A stretch of DNA of 64,000 bases. It comes from Eledone cirrhosa. Its lineage: Eukaryota. Location of the stretch: positions 351,602,001 through 351,666,000 of the forward strand of contig OZ024740.1 of assembly GCA_964016885.1 (NCBI GenBank), read 5' to 3'. Shown one piece after another: positions 53,418 through 63,075 of this stretch. Made by a program: the position numbers and the translations under genes. Under the pieces are notes generated by a model. It made no database searches, was not told the DNA's origin, and saw only the letters and a program-made list of their open reading frames with translations. Each line of letters starts with the position of its first letter. Position 1 is the first letter of the stretch.

Positions 53418-56400
53418 TTACTTTTATCATACATTTCCCATACTTCAAGTAGAACAGTGATAACTTAAAGAAGCTTTTTTTTATGTCAAGTTTGATAACA
53501 ACTGCTAAATCATTGCCTTCATTTTATAATCAAGTTAGGGTTATATTTAATACAGTGGTCATTAAAAAGCTAACTAGAAACATTTAGCTAATGAGGCAAA
53601 GACAATATTAGTCAAAATGACTTTTTAATGCACACTGCATTGAATATGGTAACACTAACATAACCATTGTTTTTTGTGCTAATGTTGACCCAAAGTAATT
53701 TCTCTCAGAAAATTAAAAATATGTGAAACTATCAAATAATTAAATTACTCTGTCCATTATGGTTTATTAAAATCAAATATTCCCCATTAGTTATTTAGTT
53801 TAGATATTCCTTGCTGAATATTTTTTTTTCAAGTAGAAAGCTTGTCAAACAAGGGGTTAGGAGGACACTTCAGTTTGTGTCAAAAGACAATAACTTCTCC
53901 TCCTCACTCGATATGACTATGTAAGTGGGATACAGACCCCTTGGCCTGCCTGGGAAGTCAGTAGCCCTACTTCAGTACTGACTTGGTCTATGTAGACCTG
54001 TCTGACCCATGCTAGTAGGGAAAGTGGATGTTAAATGATGAGGATGTATGGCAGTGATTTGATTATATTAGATGGTAACAATCATTACCTATAACTTCTG
54101 AAAAATTATTTTCTACTGCTTTGAAATATGAAAGAGGGATTCATATTTTTTATGTAGAAGATGAGGAAGCACTCATAAACTTTTCCAGTCTCCCCCAGAC
54201 TGATGTGATCAGTGCTGCTGATACTCAACTTAAACATTTGTAGGAAAAAACTATGGGCAGGTGTGAAATTCCAGAAGGGGGCTGTTTTGGGGATGAAGGA
54301 TTGAGTGGTGCATCACAGTAGAGATGACGAGACTAGGCAGGTGTATTAACTGTACCACAGCAGATAAGAATACTTTGAAATAACTATAGTAGAAAAGACA
54401 GAAAGAGAAACAGTGGTTGTAGCTTGGTGGTGGTTTGCCACTCAGCTAAATGGGCTTTCTTGGATGGTGTAGAACTATTTTTTCTTTTGTTTTTTGTTTT
54501 TTTAAATAATTTTTGTTAAGTTTAGGTAGAAGGGACAGGATTTTCCATCCACTATATCAATTACTGTGAGTAAACCAGCTGTAAATTAGTAAACATTATG
54601 TGGACCTCCAGATCCTATGTCACCTGGAGAGGAGTACCTGTCATACATTGTAGAAGAGTAAATGTGATTATGTATCAGCTGACGGGTTAGCCTTCAAAGT
54701 GGTTTTCTATGGAGTCAAGCCCATTTGTATTATCTGGCAATGAGCCTCCTTTAGGAAACTTTGTCCCCCTGTACCCTTTAACAAATAGTGACACTGCTTA
54801 AATAGTATAGTCAGTAGCAGCTTATCAAATGTCTGATCTATGTTGAGCTGGTCTGGCTACTTACAACAGGCTAAACATTGCTAAAGGCACTGTCTCAGAG
54901 AAAAATATAACAAAATGAAGCCCATTGTGTTTTAACAAATGACCAATATTAAAAATATTTATTATTGTACATTGTAAGCTGTAATCTTAAATATAACAAT
55001 CCTTTTATATCACCTTTTCAGTTTGACTTTGATTTTGTTCAAGTCCATCGAGTCAAAGAATTCCATTTCCGTCCACTTGAAGATGAATTTGAGTTAGAGG
55101 CTAGTGAAGTAAACTGTCGGCAACAACTATTTCGGTCAAGCTCCAAGTCATCACATAACAGTGTATGGAACTGTGATGGTGAAGTCATTGGCACTCCAAG
55201 TGTCCATGTCCAGTAAGAAATTGTGTATTTGTAACATGTCTTAATGTGTATATTGTTTGGTTGTTTTCTAAATAATGTAATAAACCAGGTTCCTTTCTTT
55301 TTTTTAAATGCTAAAATCTAAACTATGACATATAATAGAATACACAAGTAAAGTTGATCAACTTACTGATGTTTGTGCATTGCCTTATGTACTGTACATG
55401 CACTTTTTTGATGAGTTGTGGTGCACCTGGGCACTGTACACAATATTTCATTATTGTTATTGTTATTATATCATGACTCATACACTGTTTATTTTCCTGA
55501 CATTTGTACATTATTCTATGTACTATACATGCACCTTTGATGAGTTGTAGTGCACCTGAGCACTGTACACAATAATTTCATTATTATTATTATTTAAATA
55601 ATTATAAGCACTTTAAACAAACAGCTTTGTATCATGAAACCGAGGGCAGTTTCAGGCGGTTTTGTATCGAACAAGTTAAGTAAAAATTATTTATATAAAT
55701 TTTTAATAACCGCACAAAAAGAAACTGCTTTGAACCTGCCCAAACATGAAACATATATAACGGAATACTCCTATGTTTTACCGGCGAAGATTCGAAACCG
55801 AATCTGAGGTTTCTCGCTTCTGGGACTAACCATTATTGGAAAGTTCCCACCTTTGTCTTGTCAAAGACAACGAGGATAAACGTACATTACGCTTGACCTG
55901 TGACCCCAGCTTCTTGGGAGACGATATCCACATGGCTGATCATAAATCAACCTCATCCTTCTAACTTTAGCACTATTATAAATACAAGAAGTTAAGGAAT
56001 CTAAGAAGTTAAGACTCGAAGCAGCAGTCAGCGAGTGATAATGATGTAGGCATCAGTAGACCTTTTACCCTTTCTCTCTCCTGGCCTTACTGGTTGTCAC
56101 CTTCTCGGCCACAGACACAGCCAGATAGCCAGCCATGCCTGCCTGGCAGATTGTCCATTATTCTATGTACTATACATGCACCTTTGATGAGTTGTAGTGC
56201 ACCTGAGCACTGTACACAATAATTTCATTATTATTATTATTATTATTAACATTATCATCATCATTATTTCATGCCCGTTTTTTTTCCATGTTGGCATGGA
56301 TTGGATAGGTTGTCACAGACCAAATTAAGTACTTAATTACAGTCCTCTTAGATGGGTTGGAAAACCTGGTTTTTCTCAAATACCTTCCATTCTGGTATTG

Positions 56401-57315
56401 TTCCTATGGTTGGATGTCCTTCCAAATGTCAGCTATTTTTCAGAATGTAATAAATGTATTGTGGTACTAGCACTAAAGAGGATGCAACGCCCCCTGACAG
56501 AACTGAAGAATTGTTTTAACTCATGTTGTTACTATCCGAATGCCAACTGTTGTATATTTTTTTTAAATTTAATTATTAACCTTATTTTTAGAGAGGAAGT
56601 GTTTTAAATCTTTACATCAATACTAACGAATGTATGACCATAATGTCTCCCTGATCCATCTAGTCTTAAACCATGTTAAGCCGTCCAACCCATGCTAGCA
56701 TGGAAAGCAGGTATAAAATGATAATAATTATACTGTGAATATCTTGGTTTTTATTTAGAATAATTGCATTGTATTTCTGTTTATCACAAGAGATTACTAT
56801 AAGGGTTGGTGTCGGGAAGAGCATCTGACTATAAAAGTCCTATCCAGCTCATACTGAAACAGTACAAAGAGGATGTAGAAATGATGAACATGATTACATT
56901 TTGATCATTTTGATCTCTAACCATTATCAATGTCTTATTCATGAATATATACATAGAATCAAATTGGATTTGAACTAGGAACCATTTGAGACAGAAAGAG
57001 TGGAGCAGGCTCACTAATGGGATTTGAACCATGAATCTGTGCTATCAAAGTGTTTCTCTTTTTCTGTCTCAAATTGGTGTTTATCATATATAATCATCAT
57101 CATAGTAATGTCACAGTAATGTAAAATATAACATTTGATAACATTTTGTCAGTATAGAATTATAATAGAATTTTTTTTCAATTCAAACTAATGTGGACCT
57201 TTTTGTTTATCATTTCAGGGTTCACTGTCAGCTAGTAAAACTGTTTGCTCGTGGTATTGAGAAGTTGGATAAGGAACACAGTGGCTGCATTCCATGTCAA
57301 CAAAAGGACAAATGA
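21306..57315 (+). CDS. CERK: Ceramide kinase-like gene, 3' part (10 coding exons, DAGK/sphingosine-kinase-type catalytic domain to stop); 5' PH-domain exons not found in window
   Basis: Manually spliced exons 21306-21434, 22742-22805, 24271-24416, 27972-28046, 31088-31240, 39446-39551, 50503-50567, 53167-53372, 55022-55212, 57219-57315 are phase-compatible with GT-AG boundaries. They give one ORF with CERK motifs RPKSLLVFINPVGG, VCVGGDGMF, IGIIPAGSTD, GYGYYGDVLADSEKFRWMG, CxxxCxxC, HLGDGCTDLILV, WNCDGEV and VHCQLVKLFARGIE. Confidence 0.95.
22742..22805 (+). CDS. CERK: CERK exon B (TTDRANYALDYLQEADLAKYDG)
   Basis: ttttcag acceptor, gtaagt donor, 64 bp, phase 1-2. Confidence 0.92.
23500..24060 (-). 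pseudogene. Highly decayed CR1/Jockey-like LINE reverse transcriptase fragment
   Basis: Frameshifted motifs PFDHVWH, FVNGALS, FYINNL and DDT in - strand frames. Confidence 0.5.
24271..24416 (+). CDS. CERK: CERK exon C (IVCVGGDGMFTELLNGLL...LRIGIIPAG), ATP-binding GGDG motif
   Basis: tattcag acceptor, gtcagt donor, 146 bp, phase 2-1. Confidence 0.95.
27972..28046 (+). CDS. CERK: CERK exon D (GSTDTVVYSTVGINDPVTSALHIIMG)
   Basis: tttaaag acceptor, gtaagt donor, 75 bp, phase 1-1. Confidence 0.94.
29880..30300 (-). pseudogene. Decayed RTE-like LINE fragment
   Basis: - strand EKFKYL..MLTSNGRREIELSARI resembles the RTE post-RT region. Confidence 0.4.
31088..31240 (+). CDS. CERK: CERK exon E (DSMNIDCCSIY...GYGYYGDVLADSEKFRWMGTKRYNWSG)
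   Basis: cattag acceptor, gtaaat donor, 153 bp, phase 1-1. Confidence 0.94.
34010..34520. repeat. Imperfect tandem array (about 4 units) derived from the RTE/SINE 3' tail
   Basis: Recurring GGAACTGGGTGG..TATGAG..GTCTGGCCAG and TTTTACAGCTGGATGCCCTTCCTAACACCAACC blocks. Confidence 0.75.
38414..38633. mobile_element. TTAA-MITE family 1 copy without SINE insertion
   Basis: Same interior as 22-386; uninterrupted AATACAGAATAATGTAAATGCTAAAGGG end. Confidence 0.75.
39446..39551 (+). CDS. CERK: CERK exon F (FKKFLANQSYQGEVSFL...NTRCLSG)
   Basis: Pyrimidine tract then cctag acceptor, gtaagt donor, 106 bp, phase 1-2. Confidence 0.93.
39610..39893. mobile_element. TTAA-MITE family 1 copy with truncated SINE A tail (39813-39866)
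   Basis: TIRs with TTAA on both sides; TSD ATATAGAATAAT at 39801-39812 and 39867-39878. Confidence 0.85.
41404..43598 (-). mobile_element. RTE-clade LINE, 5'-truncated, frameshifted RT
   Basis: ORFs 42541-43353 (QFGF, FVDLEKAFDRV, QGSILSPLLF, LLYADD) and 41783-42559; (GAT)n tail; 9-bp TSD ACATATATA at 41395-41403 and 43599-43607. Confidence 0.95.
43910..44360. repeat. Compound TA/TG/GTAT microsatellite with a short RTE-tail fragment (~44227-44278)
   Basis: Direct inspection. Confidence 0.95.
44365..44593 (-). mobile_element. Second Helitron-family 5' end joined to a palindromic pair of 3' ends
   Basis: - strand ...TTTTCTGCTAG|TCTATATATATAAAACTGATGTCTGTGTGTCC; palindrome GACTAGCAGAAAACCACCC-GGT-GGGTGGTTTTCTGCTAGTC at 44553-44593. 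Confidence 0.55.
44956..45294 (+). mobile_element. tRNA-derived SINE family B (tRNA head, V-domain-like core, RTE-derived tail ending (GAT)n)
   Basis: A box TGGCTTAGTGG, B box GAGTTCAATTC, core CCTTGAGCAAGACACTT, tail GGTTGGTGTTAGGAAGGGCATCCAGC shared with the RTE 3' UTRs. Confidence 0.8.
45971..46040 (+). ncRNA. Type I hammerhead ribozyme, consensus-intact core, in a fold-back element (45929-46148) between TA repeats
   Basis: Stem I CCTCGT/ATGAGG; CTGACGA; stem II CGAATGA/TCATTCG; GAAA; stem III ACC-TCT-GGT; predicted cleavage after GUA (46034). Confidence 0.8.
46207..46509. repeat. Minisatellite with self-complementary unit ACACAGAAAT..ATTTCTGTGTGT spaced by TA runs
   Basis: About 5 hairpin-forming units by inspection. 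Confidence 0.9.
46630..46821 (-). mobile_element. SINE family A, full-length copy
   Basis: Reverse complement of 58104-58287. Confidence 0.85.
47757..49910 (-). mobile_element. RTE-clade LINE (second subfamily), 5'-truncated, one frameshift near 49125
   Basis: ORFs 49080-49688 and 48061-48993 with RT and Cys-rich motifs; long (GAT)n tail at 47757-47790. Confidence 0.95.
50503..50567 (+). CDS. CERK: CERK exon G (CQVCAAALERLGQYPSETSSL), completes the CxxxCxxC motif
   Basis: ttttctag acceptor; donor gtatgt at 50568 (alternative in-frame gtcagt at 50538); phase 2-1. Confidence 0.85.
50665..51697 (+). mobile_element. RTE LINE 3' fragment, same subfamily as 41404-43598, opposite orientation
   Basis: Colinear with the reverse complement of ~41404-42445, including the 3' UTR CTTGCCTAAGTACAAAGC and (GAT)n tail. 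Confidence 0.93.
53167..53372 (+). CDS. CERK: CERK exon H (KEKWQSIRGDFIGVNAVTMSCRCAMSPEGVSPACHLGDGCTDLILV...QSDQ)
   Basis: tttaag acceptor, gttagt donor, 206 bp, phase 1-0. Confidence 0.93.
55022..55212 (+). CDS. CERK: CERK exon I (FDFDFVQVHRVKEFHF...SVWNCDGEVIGTPSVHV)
   Basis: ttttcag acceptor, gtaaga donor, 191 bp, phase 0-2. Confidence 0.93.
55373..56248 (+). repeat. Three direct copies of a ~90-bp (ATT)n-tailed unit (55373-55468, 55504-55593, 56151-56248), probable non-LTR element 3' ends
   Basis: TATGTACT(A/G)TACATGCAC..TTTGATGAGTTGT(A/G)GTGCACCTG(A/G)GCACTGTACACAAT..TTTCATTATT repeated three times. Confidence 0.8.
57219..57315 (+). CDS. CERK: CERK terminal coding exon (VHCQLVKLFARGIEKLDKEHSGCIPCQQKDK*)
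   Basis: catttcag acceptor, phase 2, TGA at 57313-57315. Confidence 0.93.
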
Positions 57316-58103
57316 AATGTTTTATTTTTATTTAGCATTCTAAGCTTGGATAGATATCTTCCTAGCTTAGTTCTGCTATGGTGATATAAAAACTGAGAAA
57401 ATGGTGAACAGTTTATAAAAGGGACACGTTCATTGAAGAGGAGTAAAAAAAGAGAGAATGGAGAAGAGGAGAGGAAAACTAAACAAAATCATATTACTGT
57501 GATATTTCTTGGTGCCCTGCACATCTCCTCTATAGTTTTGTCCCTCATGCTGCTGCTCATCCATTCACTTCTGATGAACAGTTTCAATCTGTTTGGTTAC
57601 TTTAGGTTTAAACTTGTTCATAACATAATAGGCCACCAATGAACAGTGTTATTGCTGTTCTTTTAATGTATATTGCATATCTGAACAACATATAGAATTT
57701 ATTTGCTCCCCCTTCTTTTTTATGTTATGCATATATATTTTAGCCATATCAAACATAGAATATATGATTTACAAATAAAATAAGTTGGGTACATTTTTCT
57801 TAAAAATTGAATTATATCTCAAGGTTTTATTACTGCATAATCTTTGTGTGAACAAATCAAGTGATAATGAGCAAATTATAATTTGTCTACAACTTCTATT
57901 AAATCTTCATATATCTCCAGATAATGTATCAAAATAATTGCCAAATAATCATTTTTTTTCTCTTATACTCTCTTCTTAATTACATTAATGAATGTAATTA
58001 AAGGAGAGAATAGAAGTTGACAGTTCAATTTCACCTAAAATCGCCCCTTTTTATGTTATGATGTTACAAGCACAAATTATACATTTTATTATGGGGTTTA
58101 TTT

Positions 58104-58287
58104 GGCGGTGGATTGGCAGTATCGGTAGAGGGTCGGACGTCATGCTTTCCAGCATAGTTACGTCCCTTTACGATCTGAGTTCAAATCCCGCCGAGGTTGA
58201 CTTTGCCTTTCATCCTTACGGGGTCGATAAAATAAAGTACCAGTAATGCACTGGGTAATTGCTGGCCTTGTGCCTAAAGTAGAAACA
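58104..58287 (+). mobile_element. SINE family A, full-length young copy with 16-bp TSD
   Basis: ATTATGGGGTTTATTT at 58088-58103 and 58288-58303; Pol III A and B boxes present. Confidence 0.9.
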
Positions 58288-58770
58288 ATTATGGGGTTTA
58301 TTTATTTTTAATTCCCAAAGTCATTTAGATGGTGAGGTCATACATATTACAAAGCTTGTGATAGGGTTTGAATTTCTGGAACAAATTGTTTAGTATTTCA
58401 ACCATTTAAAGCACCATTCAGTTTAAGTTTTATAGAAGGTGATTTACTTTCATACAATTAATGATTGAAACTTTTCACACTTTCGAATATGAGCATGCTG
58501 TTTTTTTATTTTTTATTTTTTGTTTTCTTTCTTTCTGTTCTCTCTTACTGGTTCCAGCTAGCTGGCTGTTGCCATACTGGGGCACGTCCTTCATCATCTA
58601 ATCAATTATTTGAACTTCGGTAAAAGGTGATTCTATACCTTATCTAGTTCTCAAGAATTATATGGATGTGTTGTATGTATATCCAGACATAAAACCATTC
58701 AAATATTAACTGAATGAACACTCAATACATATAGAGGGTGGAGTTTATTTTTCAAAGAAAAAGGTTGTCA

Positions 58771-58810
58771 GTAACTCTGAAGTTTCGGCTGTAGAAAGCC
58801 TTGTCAGGCT
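58771..58810 (-). ncRNA. Degenerate hammerhead-like motif in a pLTR-like remnant
   Basis: - strand CTGACAA-GGCT-TTCTAC-AGCC-GAAA-CT-TCAG-AG-TT (G8 lost); AATAAA and a CTCTAT..ATTGAG hairpin downstream. Confidence 0.45.
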
Positions 58811-61780
58811 ATATATTACATACACAAGGTATTTATAATTCCCAAGACCCTAATTTATACCTACTAGTTGAAAAAGAGAGAAATTATGGCTTGAAGTGGG
58901 CCAGACAAGAGTAGACATGGTTTATTGGCATACAAAGATAATTATTTAAACATTGACCAAACTAAAAGGTTTAACACTTACTTACACATGTCAGCGTTGG
59001 GTTATTGTTCTTGAACAACATACATTTGATTCAGTTCAGTCGATGTTTTAGCTCCAAGCTGACCTCGATTGATCAGACCTATAATCAAAGGCATTCCAGG
59101 GCATGATTTGAGAGAGATTTAGTTACTATTTCTCATAATTCAAGTGACCACACAGTATGCTCTTCATGGTAGAATGAATATGTATAGATTGGGAAAGGCA
59201 ACTATCATTAGAAATCAGATCCACGGTATGTATATATATATATGAATTTGTAAAGTTACCAAACATATGGGTGAAAACAACAAAATCTGATAGGTATGTG
59301 AACACGGCTACACTTAATGTACAAGCCCTATATCAATGTTGGACTGGTACACACCCAACCTTAATGAACAGAAAATTTGTAGTAGTATTTTCAATATAGA
59401 AATATAGCAAATTTTCACTTTCTTGTGAGTAATGTATTAAAATATTTTGTCACATGGTATATAGTTTCTTTCTCTTTCTAAATAGTGAAAAATGTTATAA
59501 AGTTTTACAGAATTATTTTTCTTTTACAACTCAGATTTTACAGCCATTAATAAGGTGAGGGATATATTTGGCAATTTCATAAGTAGATGTAGAAATGCAG
59601 TAAGTCTATTGAGAAAATTCCTAGTTTGTATTCCACTGTTATATCATTGAAATCTATTTACATTTAATATCAACAATCAGTTATAAAATAGCACTCACAT
59701 ATCACATCCACCTCTGAATTTGACAGGGAGGATATTATTATAAACAAATATTCCCAATCCACTAATTATTTATTTTACTCCACAAAGGCAATAGCAGATA
59801 TGTTCCCCTAAACAATTTATATGCTGCTGTTTGTCTTTCATAGACTATGTAATAATGATTTGTTTCATTTTTATTTCCAAACTTTTTTCTTTGTTATGAC
59901 TTGTTTTTCATCTGTGACTATTAAACAATGACATACACTATTTTAATGGTAATAGCAACAAGGATTTTAATAAAACAATATATCAGTTCTTATTACTTGT
60001 TTTTCTTTGACTATGTCTGCAGTTCATTTATATTGCTTCTTATTGTCATCAATTTTGTATTGTTTTACCAGGAACAGAAAAGATATATAAGAACATTTTA
60101 TTAGGTAAAGACTTGTAGTTTTGAATACAAAGGCCATTTTCCCTGCTAAAACAGAAGTTGAACTAGCAAGCCCAAGACATGCTGCTTCCAAACTCACCAT
60201 GGACTTTATTTTTAGGCAAAGTTTTATGATGTTTCTATTCTAAACCTGGGTATGCACAGTATACTGCAGGGCTTTGAATCTCATTGTAGATAAGTGTGTT
60301 GTTATAGCAGATACACCTACATAGGTTTAACCAGCCTCTTATGAGGTTGCATCTCATGGGTTTCTTAGGTTTTAACAAGAGGAGTACTCCAGTCATATAA
60401 TGACTGGAGTACCCCTCAAGTATCTATTCTAGCTCCCAGAACACAAACCTGTCTGATGCCTTAATAATTTTACCAATCCTTAACCCAGAAAATATGGAAG
60501 GCAAAGTGAAAATATTTTCAGTGAGGATTATAAGCTGTAGAGCAGGCCTACTTGGCTCGACTTCCCGTACTGACCTAGCCTTGACTAGGTGACTGGCAGT
60601 CATCCTTGAATACATTCAGATCCCACTCAGACATCCTAAAGCACATCCAGGTCACACATACATCTACATCATGTTCAGGCATCCCTCACTGTATTCAGGT
60701 CATGTACAGACAGCCTAGACTACATCAATCTCACCTGCTTCAGAAAGCCTATGAAAGCCATGGTAACTGCTACCTTCCTCCAGACCTAACAAAAGCATTT
60801 TGACCATTGGACTCTCTCTGGTCTTATAGTGACCATGATGACCAATTGAGTAAATAGTCCAACTAAATCATTGTATATTTTTGAATTTTAATTTCCCACC
60901 TCTCAAATTCAAAGAAATATTTCAATCTTTATACATATAAAATGTAGATGAAAAATACCAGAAGAATGGAACCATCAAACTGTTGCAGGATTTTATTTTT
61001 TTAATATTTATTTTGTGAGCAATGTTGCATCAAATATTTAATGTATTCAGATTTGAAGAAAGGTGGAGCACATGGCATGAAAGTTGCCTTTAGAAAACAA
61101 AATAAAAATTTTGATTTTGTAATGATCTCCAGCATAAATAAAAAAAAAAATACAATGAAACAACTTTGGTCGAAAAACAGTTTTGGAAACTTTTTTTTTT
61201 TGTTTATACTGGATATGTTTGTATGTTTTAAATTCATTCGTGGTAAAGGTAGATAGACCCAAATGTCATGAGGACAGCTGAAAAGCAAACCTGGCAGCAA
61301 GAATGGAATAGTTTGTCACAGAAGAAACATAATATCGTACTGGAGAAATTGATGACTGTAAGAATACAAGCTTTTGGTTTAATTATAACAAATAGTTGTG
61401 ATGCTTTTCTTTTTTTGTCCCCTTTGTTTTACAAAACTTTTTTTTTCTTAATTACTTACTGACAATCTGAAGGCCTTTGTTGCAAAGAAAAAATATCACA
61501 CACACAGGTAACTAAACATTCACAGCAATATACATTGTTAATTTTCCAAATATTACAATTTATGTTGATGAAACATCATTGAAAGACTGGCCATATCAAT
61601 AGGAGCTGGATCTTAAGAGTTCAATTCCCTAACCGTTTATTTTTCTTCTGCTACTGAATAATTATTTCATAGAATTTCTTGTCATTTAAAAATTAGTTTA
61701 ATGGAAGCAGAAGGAAAGTGAGGAATAACCAACCTCACAAAAAAGCTGTGTAAGATGTTTATATATATATATATATATAC

Positions 61781-62055
61781 ATAATAATTAGTATAGACAA
61801 GGAGTCAAATTTTCTGTTAGCTAACAGAAGTCTGATGAGCTTTTAATTCCAGAGTTGGGCCCAAACGATAGAGATCGAACCTTGAACTGATCAATCGTGA
61901 AATTTGCATCACACCTGAATAAACTTAATGAAAATTTGACACCTTGTCCATACTTATTATACTCTTAGTAGAATCCTAAAGAACATACTGGAGACTACAC
62001 ATCTAGTGCTCATTTTGGCGTAACAACAGTAACTTGACATTACAATCCCTAAACT
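61781..62055 (+). mobile_element. Fold-back pLTR-like element with hammerhead-like core, between TA repeats
   Basis: 30-bp inverted arms 61784-61813 and 61931-61960 (27/30); CTGATGA at 61832-61838, GAAA at 61899-61902, AATAAA at 61918-61923. Confidence 0.6.
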
Positions 62056-62465
62056 ATATATATATATATATAAACACACAACTGCTGTTTTGCAGGAGTT
62101 TTGTCACCTACATCGGTGGGTGGCCCCCAAGTAGCTCTGGTGTTGCAGTGGAAACACCTACAGAGTTACTTAATCACCTGATGAGACATTGGTTCCTACA
62201 TTCAGAGATGGAGTACAGCAGCACATCAACAGTTCTGTGTTTACCAAACATAAAAAAACTCACTCAATATCTCTTTTCCATATATATAAAGCCCGACATG
62301 TCAAACTTTCTTTCCTCTTTTAAAGCGTGAAACTAATAAGACTTTTTGTACCTCTGTTTGAAACCATTATTATTAATGATGACTAAAGTTTTGTCAACAA
62401 TGCCAGCTTACCAAAACAGTTTTGATAACAATGTTGGCACACCTTCAAAGTAAACAATCATTAAT

Positions 62466-63075
62466 AATACTTTTGGCACAAGGCCAGCAAATACCCAGTG
62501 CATTACTGGTACTTTATTTTATCGACCCCGTAAGGATGAAAGGCAAAGTTAACCCCGGCGGGATTTGAACTCAGTCCGTAAAGGGACGTAACTATGCTGC
62601 AAAGCATAGCGTCCGACCCTCTACCGATACTGCCAATCCATCTAATTTAGGCACTAGGCTAGCCATTTTGTGGGAGGGGAAAATCGATTATATTGATCCC
62701 AGTACTTGACTGGAACTTTATTTTATAGACCTCTAGAAGGATAAAAAGCAAAGTTAACCTCAGCAGAATTTGAATTCTGGGCATAAAGGGTTGTAACTGA
62801 ATGCCACAAAACATTGTCTGACGCTGATGTGATTCTGCCAATTAATAATTCAAATTGACATTGCCACATGGCCAGTAGTTTGGGAGGAGGGGAAGGTCGA
62901 TTATGTCGTTCCCAGTACTTAACTTGTACATTTTTTTTTTTTTTACCCCAGAAGGATGAAAGGCAAAGTTGACCTTGGTAGAATTTGAACTCCCAGTGCA
63001 GAAAGTTGTAACTAAATACTGCAAATCATATCTGAGCATGTCTAACATTCTTCTGATACTGCCAATCTACCACCC
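62466..63075 (-). mobile_element. Cluster of three SINE family A copies of different ages
   Basis: Three successive reverse-complement units (~62466-62640, ~62645-62842, ~62860-63075). Confidence 0.8.

Noticed and set aside
57774-57779. AATAAA as the CERK poly(A) signal
   Set aside because: AATAAA is frequent in this AT-rich DNA and cannot be assigned without transcript data.
58104-58190. tRNA gene
   Set aside because: A and B boxes are present but there is no cloverleaf; it is the head of a multi-copy SINE with TSDs.
60384-60412. 13-bp-arm hairpin GTACTCCAGTCAT-ATA-ATGACTGGAGTAC
   Set aside because: Sits in decayed SINE-like sequence resembling the SINE's own GTACCAGT..ACTGG hairpin; no independent function supportable.
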